This document shows, piece after piece, positions 19,752 to 30,061 of a stretch of 64,000 nt of DNA. The DNA is from a virus. Each line of letters starts with the position of its first letter. Within the stretch, counting starts at the first letter, position 1. Location: the IMG/VR virus record IMGVR_UViG_3300025930_000141, positions 1 through 64,000 of that record; one strand, given 5' to 3'. Made by a program: the position numbers and the translations under genes. A model generated the notes under the pieces. That model was not told the origin of the DNA. It worked only from the letters and a program-made list of their open reading frames with translations, and did not search any database.

Positions 19752-20564
19752 TCAAATCAGATTGTGCAATAAGATACTGGTCCATTCAACCTTACCGGTT
19801 TTCAGGTCCAGCACCATGGCCGACCACATGTCATCGTTGCACTCAAGTCCGTAGGTGTAAACCCAGTGCGGGTCACCGTCCCGAGGAACGAGGTTTCCCC
19901 ACTCGTACTTTTCATGCATGTGACCGTGGAAGTGGAAGTCCGGCCTAATACCGTCAATAACCCGGTCGACACGCTGCCGGTGAATCTGGCTGTCGATATC
20001 GGGCTTAAGCCGGTGACCGAACGGAGTGCGATTGGAGCAGTCGTGGGTTAGCAGGTAATCCACGTGAACACCATTACCGAACCGGGTAGCCAGAAGGGCG
20101 TCTACCTCAGCGTCGGTTAGTTGCTCGTCAGGGCTCCAAATACGCTTACCCTTGGTGCGCCGGTACTCTTCCCTGTAGTCCCTGTCAATTGACACGGCAC
20201 CACCGGCCACCACGAATTGTTTGCCGCCCCACATGAAGTCGTGGACCCGTGGAGACAGCAGCACATTGGAGGCGACGTATGCCCAGCCGTGAGCCTTAAC
20301 AGGCCCGTGCTCGACAACGGCGTTCCACCACTCGTAGTTTTCGTGGTTACCAGGAATGGCAAAGACCTGGACATTATTGGCCTTAGCGTAATCGTTAATC
20401 TCTTCGATAAACTTTAGGCCCTCCATGCCCCACCACAGACCGAAGTCACCGAGCACAACAATGCGCTCGATGCCACCAATCCGCTTTGCCACGTCAATCT
20501 TACGCTTAACAGTTAGGGCGTCTCCATGAGTGTCACCCACGAGCATGACCTTAATTAGACTCAC
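19752..20564 (-). CDS. calcineurin-like metallophosphoesterase
   Basis: GDTHG, GDFG, GNHE, THD and HGHMH motifs. Confidence 0.92.
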   Translation of the reverse strand: MSLIKVMLVGDTHGDALTVKRKIDVAKRIGGIERIVVLGDFGLWWGMEGLKFIEEINDYAKANNVQVFAIPGNHENYEWWNAVVEHGPVKAHGWAYVASNVLLSPRVHDFMWGGKQFVVAGGAVSIDRDYREEYRRTKGKRIWSPDEQLTDAEVDALLATRFGNGVHVDYLLTHDCSNRTPFGHRLKPDIDSQIHRQRVDRVIDGIRPDFHFHGHMHEKYEWGNLVPRDGDPHWVYTYGLECNDDMWSAMVLDLKTGKVEWTSILLHNLI

Positions 20565-20965
20565 CCCCTAAGGTAATTGATTGCTTTGTCCAACAGGTCA
20601 ACAGAGTCTCGGAATTGTCCGAGCCCCCAATTACACGATTTACACAGCAGTCCCCGAACCTTGCGCGTCTCATGGCAATGGTCTAGGTGTGCTGTCAGGT
20701 AGTCTAGCGGAGCGGAACAGATTGCGCAAGCATGAGATTGTGCGTCAAGCATTCTGTTTACATCTTCTCGCGCGACACCGTATTTGTATTTTCTATTCGC
20801 AGATACTCTAATTTCGGCTAGACGTGAGGGATTACTTGCGTATCTTGATTTGAACTTTAATAAGACACACGACTTACAATCTCCCCGCCGTCTTCCGACA
20901 CTCTTGTCCGCAAAATCAAATTCTGTCTCGGGCTTTTCTAAATGGCAATAAGTACACTTCTTCAT
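20561..20965 (-). CDS. endonuclease VII-type HNH endonuclease
   Basis: CAIC..LDHCH..VRGLLC..CN..LG. Confidence 0.9.
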   Translation of the reverse strand: MKKCTYCHLEKPETEFDFADKSVGRRRGDCKSCVLLKFKSRYASNPSRLAEIRVSANRKYKYGVAREDVNRMLDAQSHACAICSAPLDYLTAHLDHCHETRKVRGLLCKSCNWGLGQFRDSVDLLDKAINYLRG

Positions 20966-20998
20966 ATGAGAATTGTACCACAGCAATCTTCACAAACC

Positions 20999-21340
20999 TT
21001 AGTGGTTGAGTTGGCGGTCCAGAATTCTGTTCTCTTGTTCAAGTATCTTGGCAACCTGTAGCCGGTGCTCGGCTTCGGCAATCTCCCGCTGTCTGCGCTT
21101 AAGGTCCTTGTCCTCACGCTTCGGCAACTTGAACTTTAATCCCAGGTCACCTCGACAAGTCATAACTGCTAAAACGATTGGAAGAATCACCGGCCAGGCC
21201 AGACAAGTAAGTCCGGCAGCAGGTTCGGGCTCAAACATGCCGCAGCGACGACCATATGAGGCCATTACTTGATATGAAACTCCGGTCATAGCCAGATACA
21301 GCATAGAAGAGAATATCCAGATGAATGCCACCAGCATCAT
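20999..21340 (-). CDS. membrane protein
   Basis: Two TMs (WP motif) and a coiled coil. Confidence 0.7.
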   Translation of the reverse strand: MMLVAFIWIFSSMLYLAMTGVSYQVMASYGRRCGMFEPEPAAGLTCLAWPVILPIVLAVMTCRGDLGLKFKLPKREDKDLKRRQREIAEAEHRLQVAKILEQENRILDRQLNH

Positions 21341-21346
21341 GTGCTC

Positions 21347-21889
21347 CTACAGTACGAATTTATCGGTGAACTTATCGGCCAGACTGTACTTGAGACAGTC
21401 CTTTGCTGGAACGAACCAGCCGTCGTCCAGGATTTCCTGGTCAATGTTTGGAATATTAGCGTATTTCTTGTAGTGTGCGACCGTTGACTTAAAGTAACGG
21501 TCCTTCCACTTACGATACCGCTCGACCTGTTGCGGTGTGGACTCAAACGAAGCAATCTGTCCATAGTGGATAAGATGCTCTGCATTACGTCCGATGTACC
21601 GCTCGCCAGGCGAGCCGGTAATAGCAAGAATAGAACCAGCACTGAACGCCATATTGGGAACAATAGTTCGCACTATAACTCCGTTGGCCTTTGCTAGTTC
21701 TACCAGTTCTACCAAGTGTCCTACCAAGTGAGCATAACCACCCATGGAATTAATCCACAGGTCAATATACCCCTCGGCGTGCTCGGCTTGCTTATTGATT
21801 TCTCTTGTGAAGGGAACAACAATTGACGCCTCTAGTTCGTCGTCAAAGTCCCCGATGAAAAAGGTGTTACCCTTATGACTTCCAGGCAT
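21347..21889 (-). CDS. ClpP-like protease
   Basis: INSMGG, AFSAG (Ser), LIH (His), D..F motifs. Confidence 0.85.
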   Translation of the reverse strand: MPGSHKGNTFFIGDFDDELEASIVVPFTREINKQAEHAEGYIDLWINSMGGYAHLVGHLVELVELAKANGVIVRTIVPNMAFSAGSILAITGSPGERYIGRNAEHLIHYGQIASFESTPQQVERYRKWKDRYFKSTVAHYKKYANIPNIDQEILDDGWFVPAKDCLKYSLADKFTDKFVL

Positions 21890-22130
21890 GTATTACTTTT
21901 CTGTTTTGTCAGCGGGGTCTAGATTGTGGTCCTTCATGATGCGCTGTACATCTTCTAAATCCTTGGACCGCTGACCCTTAGCGTGGAGTAGGCAGGCTAA
22001 AATCACTGCCTCTCCATAGTGCATTAATTCTTCGTCTCGTATGTAGGCTATCTGGTTCATACGCCAACCATTGTTCATGTCAACCATTGTAGCAGAGCCG
22101 GGGTGGGTCTGTCCACCCCGGCTTTGCCGG

Positions 22131-23003
22131 TCAGCCGAACGGAGTATAGCCAGCCGGGACCGCCGCAGCAGCCTTGGCCTTAGTCTTATCCATGCTGAAT
22201 ACAATTGGCCCGTCGTCAGGCTTGGTTACTACCGCTAAGACCTCAAGGCGGCAGCACCGCATCTTGCGGCTGTCGTCGTTAGGGATAGAAACCACGTCGC
22301 GTGGGTTAACACGAACCTTGACCTTAACGTTACCGCTGAATCCCTGTGCGAAGGTCCAGTCGCCCACGTGCAGTCCGGTCGAACAACCCTTATTGTGGTT
22401 GTCGTCACATTCCTTACGAGGCATGGTGACCACCGAGCCGACCGGGTACCTAACGTAGTCGTTAACTACCTCTACGCCGTCCACAAAAGCGTGGCCTTGG
22501 TGAGTCGAGCGGTAGACAGGGTTTTGCGGGTCAGTGTTGTCTGAATAAACAGACTTATACCCGATGATATAGCCCTCGTCGTCAATGGCGAATTCGTGCT
22601 TAGCCAGCCAGCGGTGCAAAGCCTCGCGGCTGTGAGCGCTCGGGTTGGTTTCTACCAATTCCCAGAACTTGACAATTGGCGAATAGTCGTCGGTGCCAGT
22701 CTTGATTACTCGTACTAGGTGGTCCGCGAGCGGACCGGTACGAACCTCTCCGTCGAAACGGATAAGTCCGTGGTCATAGGTGAAGCGCTCTGAGAGCACC
22801 ATCAACTTAGCGGCTGCCGCACCGATTGGGTCAAACAGGTCGAACACCGACTTATCGTTGTTCTTTAGCAATTCTACAATCCGGTCCCAGTTAGGGTGGT
22901 TTGAGTCTGCCTGGTGCAGCGGCGAATCTGAATCAGGGTCAAGGGCGACTACAGAGTCAACCTTGTCTCCCCGATTAAAGATAAAGGAAATCTTTTCAGA
23001 CAT
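22131..23003 (-). CDS. rIIB: rIIB-like protein
   Basis: NPS..S...L..W, IIGYKSV, MPR, CS.GLHVG, V.VNPRDVVSIP.D..KMRCC. Confidence 0.88.
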   Translation of the reverse strand: MSEKISFIFNRGDKVDSVVALDPDSDSPLHQADSNHPNWDRIVELLKNNDKSVFDLFDPIGAAAAKLMVLSERFTYDHGLIRFDGEVRTGPLADHLVRVIKTGTDDYSPIVKFWELVETNPSAHSREALHRWLAKHEFAIDDEGYIIGYKSVYSDNTDPQNPVYRSTHQGHAFVDGVEVVNDYVRYPVGSVVTMPRKECDDNHNKGCSTGLHVGDWTFAQGFSGNVKVKVRVNPRDVVSIPNDDSRKMRCCRLEVLAVVTKPDDGPIVFSMDKTKAKAAAAVPAGYTPFG

Positions 23004-24975
23004 TTCCTTCCTTTCTTGCTGCAATGGCAGCGTATTTTGCATTAATATAAATGTAAAGGTCTTCGGTATGACGAGCCCATCGGCCATAATTAATGCCGCT
23101 GAGTCCGTATTCTATGATGGGATACCGCTTCTCAACCTCGGTATACTCGGTATGAGATTCCAGTACCTTGAACTTAAGCCCCAACATCGAGGCCCGCTGT
23201 AGGTTCTTATCATACCCGTCAGGCTTGACGATATCCGTTCTCTTGGATATCCTAATTAGGCGCTTAAAGTCCGGGTCATCAATCTTGGTTTCGTCATACT
23301 TGGCAAGCACACGACGTTGACTCACGTCTAGACCGAAGTATTCTTTCTGCTCCCCATTGTACATGGATTCGCCGTCCAAGTCAACCTGTGTCTTGAAGTG
23401 TTGTATGATATGGGTGGCATTGGGAAATGCCTTGGTGAAGGTATTGATTCGGTTATACGGAACAATTACCACGGAGTTGTCAAGGCCGAATTCAGCGGTA
23501 ATTCTGTGCCAGTCACCGCGTCGCTCCCATTGCTTGATTTCGTCAAGGTGAGCCCAATACTTAGCCTTCTTTAATGGCTTTCCATATACCCGGCTGCCGT
23601 CAGGCTTGAACAGGTCCCAGGACCCCTTGATGCGTCCAGCAGCACGAGCCACACGGGCAGGGGGCGGCGTCTGAGCCTTTAGGTCGTCCCAGGAAATTAC
23701 CAGCGAGGGGTCAACCCACTCTGAATTCCACGAGGCGTCAGAGGTCGCGTAGACGACGTTGGGGAGCCTGCCTGTGGCCGGTCCATACTTGGTCAGCGCC
23801 CATGACTTGAGGCGTTCCTTTTGGTAAGAGCCAATAGAGTTTACTCCGGTGACAACCATAAAGTCCGAGTCCAGGTCAATGTGGCTCTTATGACGATGCT
23901 TGCCAATTTGCTCTACAGGATACCGGCGATAGTGCGTCTTCCACTCGTAGCCCTCAAACTCCAATTCGCCAGGAATCTTTTCACCCTTATAGGGAATGCG
24001 AACGCGGAGCAGGTTATACCACTTGCGAGAGAACTTCAACGCCTCCCACTTTGTCTTTGCGTGACCGACTTCCTTCTCGGCCAGGTTGCGGCGCTCAGTA
24101 ATGTAACCATCCACAATAGTCTGAATAGTCTTCGTGGTCAGGTCGGTGTACTTAAGCGCTTCACGGGCCGGAACGAACTCTACGTCGCCAATGTTGACAT
24201 AGGCAACAAATGGCACATATGAGTCGTGGCTCGGGAATAGGCTGGACGGGTTGTTGACCGGATAAGGAACATTACCCATAACCACATAAGAGTCGCGGTC
24301 CACGGTATTGCGATAAAGATTCTTGCCCAGTTTGTTATCCTTATTGATGAAAGGATTCTCGACGGGACCACCATTGATGGTTACCGTTCCTTCCTCCCAG
24401 AACTTGTAAAACCGGTAGGCGATGCGGTTAAACTCATCAACGTTTGAAACCGGAACCTCAACGGATACCCCGTCGCGCTCGTCGGTGACCCGAGAGATTA
24501 CTTCCTTCAAGACCATGCGACCATCGTCCTTGCGGGTGATGACCGCGTAAACCTTTTGGCCGTCCTTGACCGAGGTAACCGTGAACGAGTTTGTGTAGGC
24601 CAGAGCCGACTTACAACCATAACCCAGCAGACCGTTGGTGTCCTTGCTGGCGCGCTTATTGGACTTACCGAAAGAGGTGTAAAGTTCCTTCAACTCAGTT
24701 GAGGTTAGCCCGACACCGTGGTCGGTGACCCTAAAGAATGGGTGCAGGTCATCGGGGCTGGGCAGCGTCACATCAATAGGGTCTGTAATGCCTGCCATGA
24801 TGTGGGAGTCCATAGCATTTGTGCTATATTCTCTGATTACCGCCAGTGAGCGGTTGGAGTAAAGGTCCGACAGTGAATCCATGATAAGATGGAACGCTGT
24901 CGGGTCAATCGTAAACTCTACCTCTTCGCCGGGTAGGGTATCAATAACTTCGCCCTGGTGCTTGACCGGAATCAA
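22996..24975 (-). CDS. rIIA: rIIA-like protein (GHKL ATPase N-terminus)
   Basis: LYS....VIREYSTNAMDSH, DHGVG, G.LGYGCKS, REALKY; upstream of rIIB. Confidence 0.9.
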   Translation of the reverse strand: MIPVKHQGEVIDTLPGEEVEFTIDPTAFHLIMDSLSDLYSNRSLAVIREYSTNAMDSHIMAGITDPIDVTLPSPDDLHPFFRVTDHGVGLTSTELKELYTSFGKSNKRASKDTNGLLGYGCKSALAYTNSFTVTSVKDGQKVYAVITRKDDGRMVLKEVISRVTDERDGVSVEVPVSNVDEFNRIAYRFYKFWEEGTVTINGGPVENPFINKDNKLGKNLYRNTVDRDSYVVMGNVPYPVNNPSSLFPSHDSYVPFVAYVNIGDVEFVPAREALKYTDLTTKTIQTIVDGYITERRNLAEKEVGHAKTKWEALKFSRKWYNLLRVRIPYKGEKIPGELEFEGYEWKTHYRRYPVEQIGKHRHKSHIDLDSDFMVVTGVNSIGSYQKERLKSWALTKYGPATGRLPNVVYATSDASWNSEWVDPSLVISWDDLKAQTPPPARVARAAGRIKGSWDLFKPDGSRVYGKPLKKAKYWAHLDEIKQWERRGDWHRITAEFGLDNSVVIVPYNRINTFTKAFPNATHIIQHFKTQVDLDGESMYNGEQKEYFGLDVSQRRVLAKYDETKIDDPDFKRLIRISKRTDIVKPDGYDKNLQRASMLGLKFKVLESHTEYTEVEKRYPIIEYGLSGINYGRWARHTEDLYIYINAKYAAIAARKEGNV

Positions 24976-24978
24976 AGT

Positions 24979-25431
24979 TTAATCCTTTCGTTTAAGTCGT
25001 TCTATGTCTCGTCTAAAGTGATTCGGATTGACGTATTCCGTCTTGAACTTCCATCGTAGCCATAAACCACCCACTACGATAAAGCCTATCGCATTGCCGA
25101 CCCACATTGTGGGGTCACCGGCATAGGCTATGAAATTAAGGATTGCTGCGAACAGGTAGCATAGGTAAACTGAGAACAGACCTCGACCCACGAGTTTACG
25201 GTTGCGTCGTATTTTACCCCAAAACAGGGTGGCCCCCGAGGCAAAGATAATAAGTCCAATTATTGCCAGGGACAGGTGACTGGTATAAAGAGAATGCAAC
25301 GCGCTAACCGACGGGTCTCCATGACTAAAGACAGTAACAACACCGGCTAGCATCAGGTAGACAGCAATGAGATATTTAAACGCGCCTATGGCGCGCTCTG
25401 CCCATGCTTCATAGGTTCTCTTCATAACCAT
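24979..25431 (-). CDS. 4-TM membrane protein
   Basis: Four hydrophobic helices. Confidence 0.75.
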   Translation of the reverse strand: MVMKRTYEAWAERAIGAFKYLIAVYLMLAGVVTVFSHGDPSVSALHSLYTSHLSLAIIGLIIFASGATLFWGKIRRNRKLVGRGLFSVYLCYLFAAILNFIAYAGDPTMWVGNAIGFIVVGGLWLRWKFKTEYVNPNHFRRDIERLKRKD

Positions 25432-25464
25432 ATTGTATGACTAATTGTTCAACAAAGCAATGTG

Positions 25465-25538
25465 TGTCCGCGAAGGGATTTGAACCCTTACTGGATAGGC
25501 CCTCAACCTATTGCCTCTACCTATTGGGCTACGCGAAC
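25465..25538 (-). tRNA. tRNA-Leu(GAG), short variable region
   Basis: Cloverleaf; anticodon loop TTGAGGG. Confidence 0.9.
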
Positions 25539-25810
25539 GAACGGTCTAACTCTTCCTGGCTAACAATATCAGGATTGGCAATCCGTCTGACTATTTTAGA
25601 CTTTACGAAATACATGTCACTGGGGTCACCGCAATGCTTTGCGTCCAATACCTCGGCCTCGGCGTGACCATAGTTTGTTTTCCAAACTAAGGTGTCACCA
25701 ACGGAAACACCACCACTGACCCAACAAGGTCCATAATAAGTGCCGTCGTCCTTAGCCTCAAAATAGTGGTTGTGTCCCCACCTTGTGGAACGAAAGTCAA
25801 TTGTTCTCAT
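25529..25810 (-). CDS. hypothetical protein
   Basis: SD GAGG; 3' end overlaps tRNA-Leu by 10 nt. Confidence 0.7.
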   Translation of the reverse strand: MRTIDFRSTRWGHNHYFEAKDDGTYYGPCWVSGGVSVGDTLVWKTNYGHAEAEVLDAKHCGDPSDMYFVKSKIVRRIANPDIVSQEELDRSFA

Positions 25811-26095
25811 ATCTTACCTCATGCATCCAGGGAACAATGTTATTAGCGGAGTATGGATTAAAGTATTCCAGTACCGGCCCGCACCATACACCCGGCTCGG
25901 CGTGACAGCGTGGACACTCTTTGGCTAATGCCTGTTCATGGTCACTCATAGCATTTCCACCTTGTCTACTGGGAAGCCCAGACGGTCCAGGGCATCCATG
26001 AATTCCTTAACGTCAGCCTCGGGCACGGTCCGGTGGACCTGAGCCTCAAAGGCCGGTATTGTCCAGTAAATTGCGTACATGATTATTCCTTCTTG

Positions 26096-26180
26096 CGGAG
26101 AGCAGAGTATTCGAAACCCAGACCTTTCGGTCCAACTCGGCTAGCAACCGGTTCCTGCGCGCCTGTCAGGTTTGCTCTCC
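26096..26180 (-). tRNA. tRNA-Ser(GCT)
   Basis: Loop TTGCTAG; long variable arm; G73. Confidence 0.85.
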
Positions 26181-26367
26181 TGGTATGATTTCAATATCCC
26201 CGTAGATGAGGATATTGATTGTTCTGTCATTTACTCGTTCATAAGTATATCCGTGAACCTGTGGGTAATCGGTCATGAGTCTATCCATGACCTCTTCAAC
26301 AAAGGCGTCGTCGTCAAGGTCACGGTTATTATGTGTTTTTACCCTTAGTAAACAATGCTGCATAACG

Positions 26368-26441
26368 TTGGCGGTACTGGATTTGAACCAGCGACCTCAT
26401 CCGTGTCGAGGATGCATTCTGCCAGACTGAACTAACCGCCA
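26368..26441 (-). tRNA. tRNA-Val(GAC), C33
   Basis: CATCC-TCGACAC-GGATG. Confidence 0.88.
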
Positions 26442-26581
26442 GGGTTGCGGTACGAAGACTGGTTAAGTTCTTTACCGCGCCGGTAACCTTTATACCGAAA
26501 TTTAGTGGAGTCTCTAACCCCGTCTCCACAAGGGCCAGATGTTGGGAGGCTCTGAAACCTCTTAGGCCACCACAGCCCAAG

Positions 26582-26655
26582 TGCCCCTAGTGGGATTCGA
26601 ACCCACGACACCTTGATTTTAAGTCAAGTTCCTCTAGCCGCTGGGATATAGGGGC
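26582..26655 (-). tRNA. tRNA-Leu(TAA)
   Basis: CTTGA-CTTAAAA-TCAAG. Confidence 0.88.
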
Positions 26656-26722
26656 ATTGAACCGTGTGAGCATTGAGGCCGGTATCCACGCCCCTCACTA
26701 CGCCGCTAAGCGTATACACTTG

Positions 26723-26797
26723 TACCCTCGGTGGGAGTTGAACCCTACTGTCGTCACGTTATAAGCGTGCTGCATTTACCACTCATGCTACGAGGGC
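26723..26797 (-). tRNA. tRNA-Ile(TAT)
   Basis: Loop CTTATAA; bulged T stem. Confidence 0.8.
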
Positions 26798-26907
26798 GTG
26801 ACAGGACCGTTAACGTAAGCGGGGTTGGAATCCCACCCAAGACTCATTATCCGGCACGGTCCTACACCGGGTGTCTTGTGCGCCCGGTTTATGGTTACGG
26901 GCTGTTG

Positions 26908-26982
26908 TAGCCGTAGCGGGATTCGAACCCGCACTGTAGTGGTTTTGAATCACTCGCCTCCTGCCAGTTGGGCTATACGGCC
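26908..26982 (-). tRNA. tRNA-Leu(CAA)
   Basis: Loop TTCAAAA. Confidence 0.9.
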
Positions 26983-27128
26983 ATGTGCCCTGCTGCCTAA
27001 GGGGCCGCGCGTCTCGGCATGTCTGGCAGTCCAGGGACTTGGTGTTTTAACGTCCTTCACCCGACGACACCCCACCGTGCGATTAGTGGTTAGTGGGATT
27101 GGTTACCCCAGCACCCTTAAGTGCCTCG

Positions 27129-27202
27129 TACCCGTAACAGGAGTCGAACCTGCAACCTCTTGGACCTAAACCAAGCGCCTCTACCAGTTGGGCTACACGG
27201 GC
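27129..27202 (-). tRNA. tRNA-Leu(TAG)
   Basis: CTTGG-TTTAGGT-CCAAG. Confidence 0.9.
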
Positions 27203-27243
27203 AAGGACGGTAAGGCCCGTGAGATTGCCCCACCGTCACCTAC

Positions 27244-27272
27244 ATTGTACAGGGTAGCCTAGGGTGTGTCAA
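27244..27272 (-). promoter_or_regulatory. SigA-type promoter TTGACA-N17-TACAAT for the first tRNA cluster
   Basis: Near-consensus boxes directly upstream of tRNA-Leu(TAG). Confidence 0.8.
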
Positions 27273-27582
27273 GTGGTGGAAAGCCACCCATTTCCTCGGC
27301 TACCCGGCGACCCTCTTCGGTAAGCATGAAAACCTCTTCAAGCCCACCGTTCTCAGTCTGCTGAAAACTCATCTGCAAAAGACCCTTATCCATGAGCGAA
27401 CGAATGCTTTCGTCAATGTCTCGCTGAATGTCTTCCCAGACAAGTTCATAAAGACCGGGGTGTAGGATTTCTAACTTTGCGAGGTCGAACTTAATCAACC
27501 CCTCTTCGTTAATGTCGATAATGGACCCGTCATCCTTCATCGACTCTAGTTCACGCTCAAACTGCTCGTCAAAGTCATCCAT
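27259..27582 (-). CDS. acidic protein with winged-helix-like C-terminus
   Basis: L.DKGLL....F.LTEEG. Confidence 0.7.
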   Translation of the reverse strand: MDDFDEQFERELESMKDDGSIIDINEEGLIKFDLAKLEILHPGLYELVWEDIQRDIDESIRSLMDKGLLQMSFQQTENGGLEEVFMLTEEGRRVAEEMGGFPPLDTP

Positions 27583-28157
27583 TACTTGTATCCAACCTCA
27601 TTCCCAATTCTTGGTGCAGCGATAATGCTGCCCGGTCCTTCGATAACATTACTGTCGGGGCCTGGGTGCCTGGTACGTAGATAAACTATTTGATTCCGAT
27701 AGTCAACGTCAACCTTGATAATGTCCATGCCCATGAACTTTTTAGGCTCTCCGAACAAACCCTTTCTTGGCAGTTCCCGGTACATTTGCTCGGTAATCTT
27801 AAACTGCAAAAACCCCGGCCCTGCCGCGTCAATGCGATAAGAGCCCTGCAATGTAACATCTGGCTTAGTCGCATTGTCAATTGCGTCCTGGACCACACCC
27901 CGGCTTTTACGCTTTACCGGTTCGTTGCGAAGCATGACCGGATTATAGTGATTGGTGCAGTCTGCACACTCACACTCGGTTAAGTCGAAACCCAGAGTAC
28001 GTTCTGACTCACGTGTTTTGTGAATTAGTTTAACGTACTCTGGGTCCGACCACCGCTTGTCGTAGTTAAGCATCGGAGTAAGCATGCTCTCCAAGGCCTT
28101 TAGACCAACGCTCATTACAACGGTCATCACCAGAACGATGACCAGTGCAATAATCAC
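27582..28157 (-). CDS. membrane-anchored hypothetical protein
   Basis: N-terminal TM; CECADC. Confidence 0.7.
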   Translation of the reverse strand: MIIALVIVLVMTVVMSVGLKALESMLTPMLNYDKRWSDPEYVKLIHKTRESERTLGFDLTECECADCTNHYNPVMLRNEPVKRKSRGVVQDAIDNATKPDVTLQGSYRIDAAGPGFLQFKITEQMYRELPRKGLFGEPKKFMGMDIIKVDVDYRNQIVYLRTRHPGPDSNVIEGPGSIIAAPRIGNEVGYK

Positions 28158-28756
28158 ACCTGGACTCCATTCTTGAACATTTCGATGTAACCGATAACTT
28201 GGTCTTCGGATACCGGCGTGAAGTCATGGGCATCGGCTCCAACGTGCACCTGGGGCGTTCCTAGGCGGCTCTGAGACAGTACAGAATTGGAGTGGGTGTG
28301 ACCATGCACCAGAATTGTTCCGTCGTCAGACAGGCGCTCAGAGGCGAACCGGTCGTCGCCGTGGCTGTCGCCGTCGTACGGGAAGTGGCTCAGATTAACA
28401 ACTGTACCGTCTGCCAACCTAATGCCACGCTGAGCGGGAGCAATGGCAACAAACCACTTGCCGTATTCGGCAATCCAGCGCTCGCGCTGGGCTTCCTTTA
28501 CCTGAAACAGCCGGTCGTGGTTGCCGACGACCAGAATCTTATGGCCGTTCAGCCGCGACAGCGACTTATCCCAGTCCACCCATGCCCCTAGGGCAACGTC
28601 GCCCAGGTGGTAAACGGTGTCGTCCTCACCAACGACGTTATTCCAGTTATGGATAAGCGTCTCGTTCATGTGGGACACGTCCTTGAAGGGACGACCACAC
28701 AATTCAATTATCCGCGCGTGCCCAAAATGGGTATCGCTAGTGAAGAATCTACTCAT
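28154..28756 (-). CDS. metallophosphoesterase
   Basis: SDTHFGH, HLGD, GNHD, SHFP and HGHTH motifs. Confidence 0.92.
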   Translation of the reverse strand: MSRFFTSDTHFGHARIIELCGRPFKDVSHMNETLIHNWNNVVGEDDTVYHLGDVALGAWVDWDKSLSRLNGHKILVVGNHDRLFQVKEAQRERWIAEYGKWFVAIAPAQRGIRLADGTVVNLSHFPYDGDSHGDDRFASERLSDDGTILVHGHTHSNSVLSQSRLGTPQVHVGADAHDFTPVSEDQVIGYIEMFKNGVQV

Positions 28757-28987
28757 TGTTTACTCCCAATTTGCATAGATGATGTAGGAGAGCATTCCTA
28801 CCAGAGAAATAACCGTGACGTACCACGGCACCAAAGGAATGGATAATCCGATGCCGAAGCCGAGAAGACCGAGCCCGCCGATTCTGAAAACCTGTTCCAT
28901 GTTACTTACCAATCTCTCTCATGGCGCGCTTCCACGCCTTTAGCAATTGTCTCTCTCTAGAGTATACCAGCCAGCACAGGGTCATGT

Positions 28988-29626
28988 CTACCACCGCTTA
29001 ATGATATTATGCCAGTCGTCCACTACGAGGTCTCGCAGCGGGTGAAAATACTTGAATGCTCGGCCACGAACCTTCCATACATAGATGGGGTCGCGCTGCA
29101 ATCTCAAAACAACGTTGCCCCTGGCGTTGGTTTCGGGGCTTTCGCCCATCTTGTACCAGTGACGCTGCTTAATCGGAATTGTCCGAGACGTGCAGTTTTG
29201 TCTGTTGCCGTTGTCCGGGGTACGCAAAGACGTGGTATTCCTGTGTACGTCACCACGGTATTGAACAATAGCCTTGGCTCCATCGAACCACACGCTGTTG
29301 CCGGTAATGATTGAATAACACAGTTCGGTCTTGAACGGCGTCATCTTATCGGCATGGCCTCGGTCCGGCCACCAGTAGTACAGGGTATCGAGGTTAAGGC
29401 TGACGGTCATAAACCGATGCTCAAACATGCCGTCCGGCAGCACGGCAAAGGTCTTCTCTGCGCGCCAGGTGGTCAACTTGGTTTGAACGGTAATGATTCG
29501 ACACTTTGTACCGCAGCCACCGGGACCGCTAGGCTTGCCGCCTCGGTCGTCGGCGTGCGCCGGTACGCCTAGCATAGCCAGCGCCATAGCCAGCGCTGCC
29601 ACGAGAACAATTAGGCGACGCATCAA
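28988..29626 (-). CDS. secreted basic protein
   Basis: Sec signal ending PAHA. Confidence 0.75.
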   Translation of the reverse strand: MMRRLIVLVAALAMALAMLGVPAHADDRGGKPSGPGGCGTKCRIITVQTKLTTWRAEKTFAVLPDGMFEHRFMTVSLNLDTLYYWWPDRGHADKMTPFKTELCYSIITGNSVWFDGAKAIVQYRGDVHRNTTSLRTPDNGNRQNCTSRTIPIKQRHWYKMGESPETNARGNVVLRLQRDPIYVWKVRGRAFKYFHPLRDLVVDDWHNIIKRW

Positions 29627-30061
29627 AGTACCGCCACAATTGCTGCGAGCGCCACAAAGGCTACCAGCAGGGCCAGGACGGGCAGTACCTCACGCTGGGC
29701 GAGCAGGTGCACGTCCCAGCGTAGTTCGTCCTTAACACGCTCCCAGCGAGTCATGTTTGCTCGCTCTTCGGGAGTTGAATCTACGAAATCTGCACGATGG
29801 TCAGACATATTAATCCTTTCAAAGTAATGTACCCCGGCCACCTGGCGGGCCGGGGTACTCCGGGTACGTTTCGTCCAGGTCCCGGTTCCTCATTATTGGC
29901 ATGCAGAGGAAGTCTTTATATGGAGGGGTTTTGTAGCCGTCGCTTTTGTCCCCCTTACAACGATAGTATAAATACCGTCGATACCTGGCGGTTGCATCCT
30001 GTCCGCAATCTCCCATTATAGTTGGGCGCATTCGGTGGTCCTAATGCTATCAGGCCTTAAT

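Noticed and set aside
20561-20965. EndoVII/HNH genes (also 59953-60366) as intron-encoded mobile elements
   Set aside because: Flanking genes are intact and no group I intron core is evident; treated as free-standing endonucleases.
26582-26655. Possible ochre (UUA) suppressor tRNA / stop-codon recoding
   Set aside because: The 7-nt loop CUUAAAA puts UAA (Leu) in the anticodon register; no CUA, UUA or UCA anticodon was found and genes end in all three stops.
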